A stretch of DNA of 64,000 bases from an uncultured delta proteobacterium (GTDB lineage Bacteria > Desulfobacterota > Binatia > Binatales > Binataceae): NCBI GenBank assembly GCA_963808235.1, contig CAWEEQ010000004.1, positions 928,001 through 992,000 of the forward strand. Reading direction: 5' to 3'. The notes under the pieces are model-generated. The model did not search any database. It worked only from the letters and a program-made list of their open reading frames with translations, and had not been told where the DNA came from. A program made the translations under genes and the position numbers. The stretch's first letter is position 1. The number at the start of each line of letters is the position of its first letter. Positions 61,786 through 64,000 of the stretch are shown one piece after another.

Positions 61786-63214
61786 CTAGAGCATCGGCGC
61801 GATCATTCTGCCGAACAGTTCCTCGCTCCGTTCCACCGGCCCCCTGGCTTCCCATTGTTGCGGATCGATCCGGCTCCGATCGCTCGATATCGCTGTTGAA
61901 CATCAATTCCATCTGCTGCGCAAATCCATACCCCAGGATTACCGCGTTGATTTCGTAGTTGCGCACGATACTCCACCAGTCCAGGTTCGCCGATCCCACC
62001 GTCGACCACACGCTGTCTATCGTCGCCGTCTTCGCGTGTATCATCTTCCCCTGCCATTCATATATTTGAACGCCCGCGCCGAGCAATTCTGAATACTCGG
62101 ATCGGGTCGCAAGCATCATCACCGGTTCGTCATTTCGTCCCGGCACCAGCAAACGCACATCGACTCCGCGCCCCGCCGCCGTCTCCAACGCCTCGACCAT
62201 TTCGCGTCCCGGCGCGAAGTAAGGATCGGTGATGTATATCTTGGTCTCCGCGTTGTTGATCGCCGAGATCAGAGTCACGTAGATCAAGCTGTTTTCCTTC
62301 GGAACGCTGCCGATCACGCGAACGATGTCGTTGCCCTGCTTTTCGAGCGGCGGAAAATAGTTTCTGCCCGCGAGCGGCGGCCCATTCTGACGAAGCCAGA
62401 TGTCTACAAATAGACGTTGAAATTCCGCCACCGCCGGCCCTTCGACTTCAAGATCGGTGTCGCGCCACGATTGCAATTCGTTCGCCGCATATTTGCGTTG
62501 CCTGCGGCTCCCGCTCGTGTAGACACCCGAAATATTGATCCCGCCGGTAAACGCAACCTTCCCGTCGACGATCAGCAATTTGCGGTGATCGCGTTCATCC
62601 GGCGACCAGCGAACTCCTGCCGCCAGCGGATTGACCGGGTTGAACTCGAGCACCTGGATCCCGCTCTCCTTCATGTCCTGGAAAAATTTCCGCGGCGTCT
62701 GCCGCGATCCGAAGCTGTCGTAAATCAGGTTCACCTGGACCCCGGCGCGCTCCTTCGCGACCAGTGCGTCCGCGAATTTCTGTCCGATCGGCTTATCTTC
62801 GAAGATATATACTTCAACGTTGATACTGTCCTTCGCACCGGCGATCGCATCGAACATCGCCCGGTACGTGTCGGGCCCATCCTGCAGCAAGGTCGCTTTG
62901 TTCCCAAGCGATAGCGGAATCCCGCTGATCGCCTGTTCGAACGCCAGGTGCCGGGTAAGGACGTCGGTCTTGCCCGCGCGACGCTCGAGCGCGGCAACTA
63001 TCGCCTTCCCGTCGCTGGTCGAGATCGGACGTCCCTTGGTGTCGACGAATTTCGGCTGGCGATAAAAAAATCGGGAGCTGGTTAATGCTGTCGCATTGGG
63101 TAGGGAGCCACAGCCGGAGATCCAGATCGCGCCTACAAGAAGGAATAGGAGTCGCAATGTCGGCCATGCCTGACGCGCCGACCCCTGCGGCCGCGTCAGA
63201 CCACTTACCTGCAA
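61786..63214 (-). CDS. Cardiolipin synthase / phospholipase D family (frameshift near 61870; corrected stop at 61786)
   Basis: Two HKD motifs (HRKLLIVD, HAKTATID), WRDT, VGSANLD; lipobox-like ISGC. Confidence 0.88.
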
Positions 63215-64000
63215 TTATGCCAGACCTAGCTCCTTCAGTGGACCTCGATCCGAGACCGGGATTCGGCTGACCCCGCCGCGCAACTTGATCGATCCCGGCG
63301 CGCGCTCCAATGCATCGGGAAGATCGATCGCTTTCGCATGCTCGCGAAGCGCCGGGATCACCTCCTGCGCGATCAGTTTCATGCTGATCTGCCGATCCGC
63401 ATTTGGCACCGGCCCCTGCACGCTGAAAATGATCAGCGCGCCCGGCCGCAACACGCTCAAAATAGCCTTCAGCTTCGGGATAACGTTCTTCGGACTTCCG
63501 ATTATGAGCTGCAGCGCTTTCTGCGCCTTCTGATATCCGGGAATAAGTTTCCGTCGGATCGCTTCCGGATCGATTTCCACTTCCTCGCTATGCCCGCGCA
63601 ATTTGTCGCCGCTCACTCCGAGCCAGCTTCCCTGCGGCTGCTTGGCCATTCGCCGAATCGCGTCTTTCGAGTTGTAGCCCGGCGGCAGCGTATGCTCCAC
63701 GCGCGCGAAAGAATTCTGTCCGCCGCCAAACAAAAATCCCTTGCCAAGTTCCTGCGCTCGTTCTTCGGTCTCGGCCACAAAGGTCGGCATCACGTAACCG
63801 AAATTCTCCGGCCCCGCCTGGAAGCCATGCTTCGCCGCCTCATCGGCGTAGTATTCCCACAAATCGCAAGTCGGCCCCAGCGAGGTACCAAGTCCAAAAT
63901 ACGGATAGTTATGCTCCGCGCACCACTTCACCGTTTCCGGACTAATCACGCCGGGTATCCACATCGGCGGATGCGGTTTCTGATATGGCAGCGCCCACGG
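63215..64000 (-). CDS. LLM-class flavin-dependent oxidoreductase, C-terminal part (start outside the window)
   Basis: PW.LPYQKPHPP.WIPG..SPET..W.A, VAETEERA, IIGSP, LIAQEVIPAL. Confidence 0.8.
   Translation of the reverse strand, partial: PWALPYQKPHPPMWIPGVISPETVKWCAEHNYPYFGLGTSLGPTCDLWEYYADEAAKHGFQAGPENFGYVMPTFVAETEERAQELGKGFLFGGGQNSFARVEHTLPPGYNSKDAIRRMAKQPQGSWLGVSGDKLRGHSEEVEIDPEAIRRKLIPGYQKAQKALQLIIGSPKNVIPKLKAILSVLRPGALIIFSVQGPVPNADRQISMKLIAQEVIPALREHAKAIDLPDALERAPGSIKLRGGVSRIPVSDRGPLKELGLA

Noticed and set aside
1-64000. tRNA, rRNA, riboswitch, integrase or transposase; numerous antisense ORFs
   Set aside because: None was recognisable by eye (covariance searches were not run). Long antisense ORFs are expected at this GC content and lack motifs.

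Overview
GC-rich bacterial window, almost entirely coding (about 55 genes). I found no rRNA, tRNA, CRISPR array or intact transposase. The gene mix (LLM monooxygenases, amidohydrolases, many SDRs, PhyH dioxygenases, a STAND-type cyclase, RND pump, lipoproteins, sigma54-type promoters) suggests a Gram-negative soil heterotroph, possibly Candidatus Binatota; this is inference and was not tested. Recognisable blocks: YD-repeat and Kelch secreted proteins, fpg-like/marC/gadB, an HtrA-type protease, an RND pump, dispersed steroid A/B-ring catabolism genes (kshA-, hsaA-, kstD-, tesI-, hsaD-like), RNB+LOG, L-rhamnose catabolism and cardiolipin synthase. Single-base frameshifts cluster at 27.3-30.7 kb, 47.9-49.9 kb, 58.8 kb and 61.9 kb and look like assembly errors. 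The best candidate for an undescribed system is 55.5-61.4 kb. There, an operon of a divergent GNAT/N-acyl-synthase-like gene, a membrane desaturase and two ABC permeases is bracketed by a divergent ImmA/IrrE-like HExxH peptidase and an XRE regulator, with an inverted repeat in the shared promoter region. The second candidate is a rhodanese-K+ channel fusion (14958-16277).
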